This document shows positions 12,636 to 22,305 of a DNA stretch of 64,000 nt, one piece after another. The stretch spans positions 960,001 through 1,024,000 of the forward strand of contig OZ245046.1 in NCBI GenBank assembly GCA_965224245.1, given 5' to 3'. Positions within the stretch are counted from its first letter, which is position 1. Every line of letters begins with the position of its first letter. Source of the DNA: Candidatus Eiseniibacteriota bacterium. Its GTDB lineage: Bacteria > Eisenbacteria > RBG-16-71-46 > CAZAMP01. The position numbers were made by a program, and so were the translations under genes. The notes under the pieces are model-generated. The model did no database searches. It was not told the DNA's origin and saw nothing but the letters and a program-made list of their open reading frames with translations.

Positions 12636-14669
12636 ATGATCCCGACACTCACCCGTCGTCTCGCCACGATCGGCGCGCTCTCCGCGCTTTGCCTCCCGGC
12701 CGGACACGCCGGCCCGCTGACCGACAGGGGCACGCAACCCGGATTGGCCTTTCCCATTCTCTCACCCGGCGACTGTGGTGGCTGCCACGCCAACTACTCC
12801 GGCCACAACATCGAGCCCTTCGACACGTGGGCCGGCTCGATGATGGCTCAGGCCTCACGCGATCCGCTGTTCTGGGCCGCGTTGGACGTCGCCGAGGAAG
12901 ACCTTCCCGGAGCGGGCGACTTCTGCCTGCGCTGCCACGTCCCCACGGGATGGTTGGCCGGGCGTTCCGAACCCCCGGGCGGCTCCACCGACGGATGTGG
13001 CTTCGAGGGGAAGATGGATGAGCGCGACAAGGACCTTGAAGGGGTTTCCTGCCATCTCTGCCACCGCATGATGATCAACCCCGCCCCTCCCGGCGGCGAG
13101 GAGAGCGTGTACTACGAGAACGGCCAGTTCTGGATCGACGACAGCGATTGCGGGGGACAGGGAGAGCCCTGCCGCCGCGGTCCCTACGACTACCCGGCCG
13201 ATGGCACAGAGCCGCCGCCGCACGCATGGGAACACTCGCAGTACCACGAGGACTCCGACAACTGCGGCAACTGCCACAACGTCACCAATCCGGTGAAGAA
13301 TCTCATCACCGACGGTGTGGACACCGGTATCCCGTATCCGATCGAGCGGACGTTCAAGGAGTGGGAGCAGAGCGACTTCGGGCAGCCCGGTTCAGGTACC
13401 TTCCTGACGTGTCAAAACTGCCACATGCCCGATGCGACCGTGAATCCGGCTCACGCCTGTAGTGACGGGATCAACAACCACACCGGTGATCTCCCCATCC
13501 ATCAGCTCGCGGGCGGCAACGCCTGGATCCCGGAGGTTCTGCGCTTGGAGTATCCCAACCTCGACCTGAACTCCGAGTTCATCGCCACGCGGGACTGGGC
13601 GCTGTTCATGCTGCAGAACGCGTCGGCGGAGATCACGATGGCCGCTCCGGACACCGTGGTCCACGGTACGAACCTGCCGCTCACGGTGCAGGTCACCAAC
13701 CTCACCGGGCACAAGCTACCCACCGGATACCCGGAGGGACGGCGGATGTGGATCAACCTCCAGGTGAGGGACGGAGTCGACAACCTGATCTGGGAGAGCG
13801 GCGCCTACGACGACGTCAACGGCGTTCTGACCCACGATTCGGCGATCAAGGTGTACCACTCAGAGCCGGGCATCCACGATTACAACGGCACCGGGGAGTG
13901 CGACTGCGAAGACACGTCGGGGAACCGGCTGTTTCACTTCGTGCTGAACGACTGCATCAAGGTCGACAATCGCATTCCACCGCTCGGTTTCATTGGGATG
14001 AACGATCCCGAGACCCAGCCGATCGCCTACACCTATCCGGAGACGTCTCCCGGATCCGGTGTGCTGGTGAACTACGATCTGACCTCGTACTCAGTCCCCA
14101 TCCCGGTGGATACGCCGACGCCGCTCAGCGTGACGGCCACTCTGCGCTACCAGACTACGAGCAAGGAGTACGTGGACTTCCTGCGGGACGAGGCGATCGA
14201 CAACGGGTTCCCTCCTGACTGCATCGAACGGTCGGATGGATTCCCCACCGAGACCCGCGGAGAGATTCTGCATCAAATGTGGATGGACCACGGTCGCTGC
14301 CCGCCGGTGGACATGGTCTCGTCGTTGGCCACGGTCGAGGTGACCGACGAGCTCCTCGACGCGATCGAGCCTGGGGCCTCGCGTCCACTGAGCCTCGCGC
14401 GGAGCGTGCCGAACCCCGCGTCGGCGGCGACTGGCGGTGCAGTGATCTCGTGCTTCGTGGCGCGAGCGGGGTACGCCCGGATCGAAATCCATGACGTGAG
14501 TGGTCGCGTCGTGCGGGTACTGACGGATCGACACATTCCCGCGGGACCGTTCTCCGTCCGCTGGGACGGACGCGACGCCCGGGGTCGGGTCGTCGCGCCC
14601 GGCGCCTACCACTACCGCCTCACCATGGGTGAGAAGCAGCTGACCCGACGGCTCATCGTGGTGCGGTAG
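12636..14669 (+). CDS. Secreted pentaheme c-type cytochrome (cytochrome c554/c552-like) with FlgD/T9SS-like CTD
   Basis: GGAGGA RBS, signal peptide, five CxxCH motifs (CGGCH, CLRCH, CHLCH, CGNCH, CQNCH), TNLTGHKLPTG motif, CTD PNP...HDVSGRVVRVL...WDGRD...PGAYHYRL. Confidence 0.9.
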   Translation: MIPTLTRRLATIGALSALCLPAGHAGPLTDRGTQPGLAFPILSPGDCGGCHANYSGHNIEPFDTWAGSMMAQASRDPLFWAALDVAEEDLPGAGDFCLRCHVPTGWLAGRSEPPGGSTDGCGFEGKMDERDKDLEGVSCHLCHRMMINPAPPGGEESVYYENGQFWIDDSDCGGQGEPCRRGPYDYPADGTEPPPHAWEHSQYHEDSDNCGNCHNVTNPVKNLITDGVDTGIPYPIERTFKEWEQSDFGQPGSGTFLTCQNCHMPDATVNPAHACSDGINNHTGDLPIHQLAGGNAWIPEVLRLEYPNLDLNSEFIATRDWALFMLQNASAEITMAAPDTVVHGTNLPLTVQVTNLTGHKLPTGYPEGRRMWINLQVRDGVDNLIWESGAYDDVNGVLTHDSAIKVYHSEPGIHDYNGTGECDCEDTSGNRLFHFVLNDCIKVDNRIPPLGFIGMNDPETQPIAYTYPETSPGSGVLVNYDLTSYSVPIPVDTPTPLSVTATLRYQTTSKEYVDFLRDEAIDNGFPPDCIERSDGFPTETRGEILHQMWMDHGRCPPVDMVSSLATVEVTDELLDAIEPGASRPLSLARSVPNPASAATGGAVISCFVARAGYARIEIHDVSGRVVRVLTDRHIPAGPFSVRWDGRDARGRVVAPGAYHYRLTMGEKQLTRRLIVVR

Positions 14670-14689
14670 TACCGTCACATTCCTGTTCT

Positions 14690-15005
14690 CTACGGCACGA
14701 TCGCCACCATCCCGGACGTGCCCCAGCGGCGCAGCACTGCAGGTTTTGCGCAGCACCATGGCCTCGTGATAGGTGCCAGGCGCGATCATGACGTCCCCGC
14801 CCGGGAACGCCGCACCGTGGCCTTCTCCGATGCGATTCCAGGGAGCCGCCGCTGATCCGTCCTCCCATCCACTGGAGCTCCAGTCAACGTGGACGGTGGC
14901 ACGCCCCGCATTCGTGAGGGTCACGACCGAACTGTGCTCGTCAGCCCATTCGACGGTGGCGACAATACCGTTGGACAGGTCAACGAACGACTCACCGGGG
15001 AGCGG
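14690..15005 (-). pseudogene. Orphan 3' fragment of a secreted protein (DUF1565-like 'VHVD...EDGS...PW...IAPGTY.E' terminal domain)
   Basis: PGESFVDLSNGIVATVE...ATVHVDWSSSGWEDGSAAAPWNRIGEG...GGDVMIAPGTYHE; a 1-nt shift in the T4 run at 14744 restores KPAVLRRWGTSGMVAIVP-stop (14690); no start. Confidence 0.6.
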
Positions 15006-15339
15006 CCGGGGGATCTGTGCCTCTCGCGCCGTGCCTACGACCGCAGGGTGGCCGGTGTCGTCGGCGGCGCGGGTGGTCTGTCCGTGGGCGCCGTACTCGG
15101 CAATCTCCCCGGCACGGCCCGGACAGCGCCCGTGGCGCTCGGCGGTCGGGTATGGGTCAAGTGCGATGCCTCCGCACATGCGATCGTCGCGGGTGACCTG
15201 CTCACGACGTCCGCCGTTCCCGGCCACGCCATGAAGGTCACCGACCACGACCGGGCCCGGGGTGCGATCATCGGGCAAGGCCATGACGGAGCTCGCGGCC
15301 GGGCGTGGACTGGTCTTGGTTCGGGTGCGTCGTCGATGA
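15000..15339 (+). pseudogene. Orphan 3' fragment resembling a peptidase G2/IMC-type autocleavage chaperone domain of fibre-like proteins
   Basis: RPGDLCLSRRAYDRRVAGVVGGAGG...PVALGGRVWVKCDA...IVAGDLLTTSAVPGHAMK...GAII; a 1-nt shift at ~15274 gives GKAMTELAAGRGLVLVRV then stop; no start. Confidence 0.7.
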
Positions 15340-15547
15340 AGGCGCTGCGCGACCCCATCGAGGTGTGCGGACCTCGCGCCGAAGCCCGTATACGTAGAAC
15401 CCCCTATCGTCCCGAGCGGCTCGTCCGTGGTTCGATTCGAGGTTTGAGTGGGTGTATCGACCGCCAGACATGGCGTGTCTCCGACTCGAGCCAGGAAGCC
15501 ATGCATTGACGGCTCGCCGCCCCATGACCCGGGCGAGCGATGGTGAC

Positions 15548-15615
15548 TCTCCGAATCGGATCCTCTCCTAGGCCGCTCTGCGCACACTTCTCCGGTGCGC
15601 GAGGATCCAAGGCTC
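15548..15615. repeat. Structured intergenic repeat, copy 2
   Basis: Same 28-nt and 21-nt blocks as at 12522-12578, with a different loop (acttctccg). Confidence 0.85.
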
Positions 15616-15832
15616 GCAGTCTCGACCCAATGTCAAGACGTCGAGCGTTGCGGAAGCGGTCTGGGTCGATGGAGTCTCGACCCCGCGAAAGTCAGTCGCG
15701 GAAGCTCCTGAGGTCCACTACCTGCCTGTGCGCGCCGACGTCGGTGCGTTGCCACCCATGTGACGCCCGGAGGCGGCCTGTCAGACCAACCTCGTGGTGT
15801 CTAGCGACGCTGACCGCACCTTGGAGGCCGAC

Positions 15833-18553
15833 ATGTCACGATGGTCACCCGTTCTCCTGCTGATGATGTTCTGGCATGGACCCGCGTCCTCCTCCACCTA
15901 CGAGATCGATCCGGCCGGTGGGGGCGATTTCGCCACCATCCAGGAAGCGATCGACTTCGCCGTGAACGGAGACATCATCGAGCTGACCGACGGTACGTTT
16001 ACCGGTACGGGAAACGTGGACCTGGACTTCGGAGGGAAACAGCTCATCGTTCGGTCGCAGGGCGGTGATCCTTGGAACTGCATCATCGACTGTGACGGGA
16101 GCGCTGGAACGCCGCATCGCGCTTTCATCTTCGAGAACGGGGAAGACAGCAACTCGAGAGTCGAGAACATCGCGATGATCTATGGTTACCAGACCTCGGG
16201 GGGGGCGGTATTGGTGACCGATGGTGGGCCAGTGTTCAGCGGTTGCGTGTTCTCGCGGTGTCAGGCATCGTCGGGCGGCGTGGTACGGGCGGAGGGGATG
16301 CTCTCGTTTCCGAGGTTCGAGTACTGCACCTTCGTCGACAACAGAGCAGCATCCACCGGCGCCATCGCATCGGTCTTATCCCAGGCGGTGCTGTACGTCT
16401 ACGACACAACCGCCTACCGGAACGGATCTGGTGGAGAAACTCTGTTTCAGTTCTCCTTCGATACCAGCGCGCACATCGAACGGACCATCATCGCGTTCAA
16501 CGACTGCACCGCTCCAGTCCAGAGCGATCCGGGTGCGGGACTGTCCGTCTCCTGCACCGACATCCATGGGAACTCGGGCGGCGACTGGATCGGTTCGGTC
16601 GCGGGTCTGGAGGGGGTGAGCGACAACTTCTCGCTGGACCCGTTGTTCTGTGATGCGGGCGGTGCTGACTTCACCCTTCACTCGAACTCGCCCTGCTCGG
16701 CGACGAGTGGGTTCTCCACGTGCGGACAGATCGGGGCCTGGCCGGACGGGTGCGGGCCGCAGGGGTTCGTGGTGGATCCGTCGGGAGCCGGGGACTACCC
16801 GACCATCCAAGCCGCGCTGGACGCCGCGCCCCCCGGGGAGACGGTGGAGCTGACCGACGGGACCTTCACCGGTGATGGGAATCGCGACCTGAGCTTCGGG
16901 GGTAAGGCGCTGACGCTCCGTTCCATCAGCGCCGATGCCACACTCTGCATCATCGACTGTCAAGGATCGGCCGGGGATCCGCACCGCGGCTTCGTGGTTG
17001 AGGATGGCGAAACACAGAGTACCCGCGTTGAAGACATCACCATCGCGAACGGATACGCGACGATCCGGGGCGGTGCCATTCTGGTCACGAAGGGTGACGC
17101 CACCTTCGAGCGGTGCATCTTCCGCGACTGCGCCGCGCTCAACGGCGGGGTCTACGGGACCGAGAACCTGGGGAGCACTCTGCACCTGTACTCGTGTCTG
17201 ATGGTGGACAACATCGGCTCCGGGGGCGCGGTGGGCTCGGTGATCGAGAGCGCCTCATCGGTTCTGTTCCACTGTACGATCGCTCGGAACGGTGACGGGA
17301 GCGGTCCACTGATCCTGCTCCAGGAGACCTCGACCCTCATCCAGGACACGATCATCGCATTCAACGACTGCACCCTGCCGGTGTGGTGCATTCTCACCTA
17401 CGTCGCGATCGAGTGCAGCGACGTCTTCGGGAACAGCGGCGGCGACTGGGTCGGGTGTCTCGAGGACCTCGAGGGTATGGGCGGCAACGTCTCCCTGGAC
17501 CCCCACTTCTGCGACCCGGACGCGGACGACTTCTCCCTCAATGTCGTCTCCCCCTGCGGTGCCGAGCTGTCGACCTGTGGGCGCATCGGCGCGTTCGACG
17601 TCGCGTGTTCCTGGGCCTTGGGGGACGTCACGGATGTGCCCAATGATCAGGGACGCGAGACCTACGTCAGCTGGGACCGATTCCCGTACGATGCCCCGGG
17701 CAACCCGGAGACCATCACCCACTACAGCCTCTTCCGACGGATCGATCCCCTGTCGCGGTGTGGCGACGGCGCGGCCGGCGATCACGCGCGTGACTATCCC
17801 CCAGGAAGCTGGAGCTACTTGCTGAGCGTGCCCGCGTACGGCGAGGACACATACACGGTCGTGGCCCCGACCGCCTGCGACTCGACGGTCAGTGAGGGGC
17901 TGTGCTGGTCCGTCTTCTTCGTGCGTGCCGGGACGGATGACCCGTTCACCTACTACGACGCAGTGCCCGACAGCGGGTACTCGGTGGACAACCTGGCCCC
18001 CGGCATCCCGACCGGACTCGTTCTCGGGGACACCGATCTCTCCTGGGATGCCGCGACGGAGGAGGATTTCCAGCATCACTCGGTGTATGGATCAGCGTCG
18101 ATGGAGTTCGACCCGACGGCGACACTGATCGGGTACACGATCGACCCGACGTATGACGTGAGCGCCGAGTCGTACGGGTTCTATCACGTGACGACGACCG
18201 ATCACGCGGGGAACGAGGGGGAGGCCGCGAGCGTGGAAGGCGCCTTGCTCTCGTCGCCCGAGATCACCATTCCGGCGGCCTTCGCACTGTCGAACGCCGG
18301 TCCCAATCCGTTCCGTGCGGGCACGTCTCTGACGATTGCGCTGCCGGAGGCGCGCGAGGTGCGACTGACGATCCACGATGTGAGCGGTCGCCTGGTCCGA
18401 AGTCTGGTAACGGGGCCATACACCGCGGGCTTCCACCCGGTGATCTGGGATGCGCGAGACGATGGTGCTCGTCGCGTGGGCCCGGGGATCTACTTCGCGT
18501 GGATCCAGGCAGGGGAGTACGAGGCGGTCCGGCGGCTCACGATGATCCGCTGA
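15833..18553 (+). CDS. Secreted protein: two right-handed beta-helix (pectin-lyase/PMP-like) domains, 'DVPxDQG' stalk, FlgD/T9SS-like CTD
   Basis: GGAGG RBS; duplicated DP.G.GD..TIQ.A.D...ELTDGTFTG.GN.DL.FGGK; GGA(V/I) motifs; DVPNDQG...PDSGYSVDNLAP...YHVTTTDHAGNEG; PNPF...HDVSGRLVR...WDARD. Confidence 0.9.
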   Translation: MSRWSPVLLLMMFWHGPASSSTYEIDPAGGGDFATIQEAIDFAVNGDIIELTDGTFTGTGNVDLDFGGKQLIVRSQGGDPWNCIIDCDGSAGTPHRAFIFENGEDSNSRVENIAMIYGYQTSGGAVLVTDGGPVFSGCVFSRCQASSGGVVRAEGMLSFPRFEYCTFVDNRAASTGAIASVLSQAVLYVYDTTAYRNGSGGETLFQFSFDTSAHIERTIIAFNDCTAPVQSDPGAGLSVSCTDIHGNSGGDWIGSVAGLEGVSDNFSLDPLFCDAGGADFTLHSNSPCSATSGFSTCGQIGAWPDGCGPQGFVVDPSGAGDYPTIQAALDAAPPGETVELTDGTFTGDGNRDLSFGGKALTLRSISADATLCIIDCQGSAGDPHRGFVVEDGETQSTRVEDITIANGYATIRGGAILVTKGDATFERCIFRDCAALNGGVYGTENLGSTLHLYSCLMVDNIGSGGAVGSVIESASSVLFHCTIARNGDGSGPLILLQETSTLIQDTIIAFNDCTLPVWCILTYVAIECSDVFGNSGGDWVGCLEDLEGMGGNVSLDPHFCDPDADDFSLNVVSPCGAELSTCGRIGAFDVACSWALGDVTDVPNDQGRETYVSWDRFPYDAPGNPETITHYSLFRRIDPLSRCGDGAAGDHARDYPPGSWSYLLSVPAYGEDTYTVVAPTACDSTVSEGLCWSVFFVRAGTDDPFTYYDAVPDSGYSVDNLAPGIPTGLVLGDTDLSWDAATEEDFQHHSVYGSASMEFDPTATLIGYTIDPTYDVSAESYGFYHVTTTDHAGNEGEAASVEGALLSSPEITIPAAFALSNAGPNPFRAGTSLTIALPEAREVRLTIHDVSGRLVRSLVTGPYTAGFHPVIWDARDDGARRVGPGIYFAWIQAGEYEAVRRLTMIR

Positions 18554-18575
18554 GAGACGCGACACGTCTGATACG

Positions 18576-18613
18576 GTTCGAGCCCCACGCGGTTGCCCGC
18601 CTGGGGTTCGAAC
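18576..18613. terminator. Hairpin between convergent genes (possible terminator)
   Basis: gttcgagcccca ... tggggttcgaac stem; no U-tract. Confidence 0.4.
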
Positions 18614-18637
18614 TGCTTCGCAGCAAACCGCTACCCG

Positions 18638-19978
18638 CTACCGATACCGGGCCTTGAGCTTCGACCAGGTCGCCGACTCCACGGGGGTGTCGCCCCCCAG
18701 CTTCTCGACCTGATCCTGGAACTCCTGGACGGTGTAGCCCGCGATGGCGTCCACCTGGAGCTGGGTCCGTTGCGCGTCGATGAACGTCGTCAGCTCCGCA
18801 CTTCCCAGCTCCTCGAACTCGTCGAGCAGTGCGTTGAGGCGATCCTCCATGTCCTGGGTGATGACGACGCCGTCGCCGGTGCCGTCCACGAGTGCCTCCA
18901 GCGCGTCGATCCAGTCGGGGATGGCCTGATGGACGCGATAGAAGAAAGTGGGGCGGCCCAGCACCGCGCGCCAGATCTGTGGGGAGAGGTCGTCGTACCG
19001 GGCGATGTAGTACTGCCCTTCCTCGGTGCCGGCCAGGATCTCGTCGCGGTACCGCTGAAGCACCGTCACCATGCGACTGAGCTCACCTCCGCCGCGTGTC
19101 AGAAGGCGGAGGGGCCAGGACCAGTCGCAGATGCCGTACTTCTGGCAGCCGAGCGGGCAATCCCCAAGGCTGGTGAGCCTGAGCAGCCCCGCGACACCGC
19201 AGAGAGCGCACTCCTGAGCGCCACCGCTTTCTGCGAAGAGGATGGCGGCCCTGAGGTCGAGGATGTGATCGAGCCCTCCGGGCATGGGGCCGGTCTCCAG
19301 CGAGAACGACTCCACGCGGAACGGCTCGGGTCCGGGCCACGGGGAGAAGACGACGGTGGCCTCGTCCACGCCGTCGAAGGTGACCGACCCCTCCCAGGGC
19401 ACCATGGTGGACGTCCAGCGGAGGCTGACGGGAGCCTCCGGAACGCGATTGAGGCGAATCGTGATCGGAAGGTCCTGGCCACCGTAGCCGGCGAACCAGT
19501 AGTCACCCGCCGGGTCGGCGAAGGCATCGCCGACGTCGATCGTGGGCTCCAGGGGGGCTCCATCGAAGTCGTCGTCGAGAAGGGTCACGGTGGTGGAGAC
19601 GAAATCCCCCGGATCGGCACCATCGAACGAGATGATCGTGACGGTGAAGGACTCGTCCGACTCGTAGAACTCGTCGTCGAAGAGATCGATGGCCACTTCC
19701 TTGTCCTGCGGATCGCCGATGTCCCACTGGACTCCGATGGAGAGCCCCACGTAGTCCACAGTCTCGGTCGCGGTCCCGCCCTCGGTGCTGCAGTAGATGA
19801 AGACAGAAGCGGCCGGAGGTTCGGACAGCCGCACCGTGGCAACCGCCTGGGATGCATCTTCGGCGACGGAGTAGCTGTCCGAGACGAAGCTCACGGTGGC
19901 GGCGTGCGCGTGTGGCGTGAACATGCTCGCGATCACGACACCGGCCGCTCCCAAGGCCGGAGACGAAAGGTGACGCAT
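18638..19978 (-). CDS. Secreted Calx-beta domain protein with CFI-box-CTERM-like helical region and short 'TWSKLKARYR' tail
   Basis: GGAGG RBS before MRHLSS; signal peptide; VSF...YSVAED...GTAT...DY...DDEFYESDESFTVT; LQRYRDEIL...GQYYIARY..LSP; ends TPVESATWSKLKARYR. Confidence 0.8.
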   Translation of the reverse strand: MRHLSSPALGAAGVVIASMFTPHAHAATVSFVSDSYSVAEDASQAVATVRLSEPPAASVFIYCSTEGGTATETVDYVGLSIGVQWDIGDPQDKEVAIDLFDDEFYESDESFTVTIISFDGADPGDFVSTTVTLLDDDFDGAPLEPTIDVGDAFADPAGDYWFAGYGGQDLPITIRLNRVPEAPVSLRWTSTMVPWEGSVTFDGVDEATVVFSPWPGPEPFRVESFSLETGPMPGGLDHILDLRAAILFAESGGAQECALCGVAGLLRLTSLGDCPLGCQKYGICDWSWPLRLLTRGGGELSRMVTVLQRYRDEILAGTEEGQYYIARYDDLSPQIWRAVLGRPTFFYRVHQAIPDWIDALEALVDGTGDGVVITQDMEDRLNALLDEFEELGSAELTTFIDAQRTQLQVDAIAGYTVQEFQDQVEKLGGDTPVESATWSKLKARYR

Positions 19979-20141
19979 CGGGGCCTCCATGCGTGTATGA
20001 CGGTCGATCAGCTCGACGGTGGGCTCGGCATGGTCGCAGCGATCTCGGTCCGGACGACGTACGTCCGCCCCACTCCCTCAACGATACCAGAGGCGCATCC
20101 CACTGCGGGAGATGTGAACCGACGCAGCTCGCCCCGCGCAC

Positions 20142-21941
20142 CTAGAGGAGTGAAAGCAGACCGATCACCGTGATCGCCATGACGAGACTCAGGCCGATCC
20201 CGAAGCGCGCGAAGTCGCGCGCCCGGTAGCCGCCAGGGCCCATCACCATGAGGTTCCACTGGGACATGGGGAGCACGAAGGCGCAGCTGCAGCCGTAGGC
20301 CACGGCCAGGAGCGCGCGTTCCAGCGGTATGTGACTGCCGAGCGCGAACTCGGCCGCGATGGGAGCGATGATGACCGCCGCCGCACTGTTGGAGCTGGTC
20401 ACCGAGACGGCTGCCGCCAGGAAGAACAGACTTCCGAGCATGGCGGGCTTTCCGAGGGGGGCGGTGACCGAGAGCAGCGCCTGTGCGGCGGTCGAGGCCA
20501 CGCCCGTCGTTTCCAGCGCCAATCCGAGGGGGAGGGTGCCGGCGATGAGGAAGACGACCTTCCACTCGATCGCCCGATGCGCGTCCTCCAGCGCCACGCA
20601 GCGAGTGACCACCATGAGCAGTGCGGCGGCCAGTGCGCTCACGGCGAGCGGCGCGAGGCCCAGGATCGGAGGCAGGATCGCCACCAGCAGCAACAGAAGT
20701 GCCAGTGGTGCGCGTGCCACATCCGCTGCCTCCGACTGGTCGCTGAGCACGATGTAGTCCGGATCGCGCGAGAGCGTGCGAACGCTCTCCGCCGGCCCCG
20801 AGACGAGCAACGCATCCCCCATCTCCAGCGGGATCTTCGCCGGATTCCTCACCGGGGCGTTTCGTCTCCAGAGGGAGATCACGTTGAGTCCGTATCGCTT
20901 GCGGAAGTGGAGCTCGCGGAGCGAGTGGCCGAAGACCGGCGAACGCGGCGAGATGGCGACCTCGGCGAGCATCTGACCCCGACCGAGGATGTGCTCGATC
21001 GCACGGGGTCCGGCGAGACCGAACTGCAGGAGCTCGTCCTCGGCGAAACCCCAGGCGGCCTCGTCGTCGCCCTCCACGTAGAGCGTATCGCCGGGCTCCA
21101 GTCGGAGCTCCGGGTCGGGCGTGAGCGCGTGGGAGACGAGACCGCGCTGGCGATGCACGAGCACGATGCTGAGCCCGTGGCGACCGCGGATGTCGGCCTC
21201 GGCGATGGTCTGTCCCGCGACCGAGGACTGTGGCACGACCCGCATGAGGCAGAGGTCGCGGGTGAGCCCGTAGCTCATCGCCAGCTCCTCGGGCAGGCGT
21301 GCGGCCCGCAGGCGGTCCTCGGTCGGGCGATCGGGGAGCAGCTTGCGTCCGATCGTGAGCGTGAAGAGAATCCCGGTCACCACGATCGGCAGTCCGATCA
21401 ACACGAAACGAAAGACGGAGAACGGCTCGCCCGTTCGGCCCTCCAGGTAGCCCGATACCAGCAGGTTCGGGGGTGTCCCGATGACGGTGAGCGTGCCTCC
21501 GAGCACCGAGGCCGAGGCCATGGGCAGGAGGAGTCGTGACGGCGAGAGCATGCACCGGCGAGAGAGCGTGACGGCCGCGGGAAGGAACAGGGCGGTGGAG
21601 GCGGCATTGCTCATGAACCCCGAGACGGTGGCGGTGGCGGACATGATCATCAGCACGATTCTGCGCTCGCTGCGGCTTGCCAGCCGCATGATGGTGCCCG
21701 CGACGAGCCCCGCGAGACCGCTGCTCTGCAGCCCCGCGCCGACGACGAAGATGGCCCCCAGCGCAATGACGGCGGGGTTTCCGAAGCCGTGTAGCACCGT
21801 GATCGGATCGTCGAAGATGCCCGTGATCGCGAGCAACACGGGGATGCCCAGTGCCACGATCTCCGGAGGAAGCCACTTCCGCACGAACGTGACCACTGCC
21901 GCGACGAGAATGCCGATGACGATCCAGCCCTGAGGTTCCAT
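20142..21941 (-). CDS. SLC13/CitMHS-family di/tricarboxylate or anion permease with TrkA-C (RCK-C) domains
   Basis: Multi-TM halves; GFGNPAVI, SGFMSN, LGGTLTVIGTPPNLL, NLMVMGPGGY..DF.RFG motifs; central soluble repeats. Confidence 0.9.
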   Translation of the reverse strand: MEPQGWIVIGILVAAVVTFVRKWLPPEIVALGIPVLLAITGIFDDPITVLHGFGNPAVIALGAIFVVGAGLQSSGLAGLVAGTIMRLASRSERRIVLMIMSATATVSGFMSNAASTALFLPAAVTLSRRCMLSPSRLLLPMASASVLGGTLTVIGTPPNLLVSGYLEGRTGEPFSVFRFVLIGLPIVVTGILFTLTIGRKLLPDRPTEDRLRAARLPEELAMSYGLTRDLCLMRVVPQSSVAGQTIAEADIRGRHGLSIVLVHRQRGLVSHALTPDPELRLEPGDTLYVEGDDEAAWGFAEDELLQFGLAGPRAIEHILGRGQMLAEVAISPRSPVFGHSLRELHFRKRYGLNVISLWRRNAPVRNPAKIPLEMGDALLVSGPAESVRTLSRDPDYIVLSDQSEAADVARAPLALLLLLVAILPPILGLAPLAVSALAAALLMVVTRCVALEDAHRAIEWKVVFLIAGTLPLGLALETTGVASTAAQALLSVTAPLGKPAMLGSLFFLAAAVSVTSSNSAAAVIIAPIAAEFALGSHIPLERALLAVAYGCSCAFVLPMSQWNLMVMGPGGYRARDFARFGIGLSLVMAITVIGLLSLL

Positions 21942-22305
21942 GCGGGGCATGGTAGTCCACCCGGGCGGCAAGTGGGACGCGGATTTGCCCGGAGAATGGG
22001 TCCAGCTCTCCATCGGGTGAGTGGCCAACACATGAACGTCTTCTGGAGTGTCGGGAGTCCTACCGAGTCGGGCGTCGAGGTCCCCTTCTCGAACGCAGCC
22101 GGGGACCGGCGCACTTCGGGAACCGAGACGAGCTGCTGGAAGCGACGATGGTCACCTCTGCCGTCGGGGTCCCTCTGTCGTCTCATCTGTGAACGCGAGC
22201 CTGGCGGGAGTACAATCAGGGCCGACCACACCGCTCGCGCCGCAGCCGCGCATGGCTCACCCTGCCCTGGGTGACGTCGGTTTGGCCCCATCAGGAGGTA
22301 CCGCC

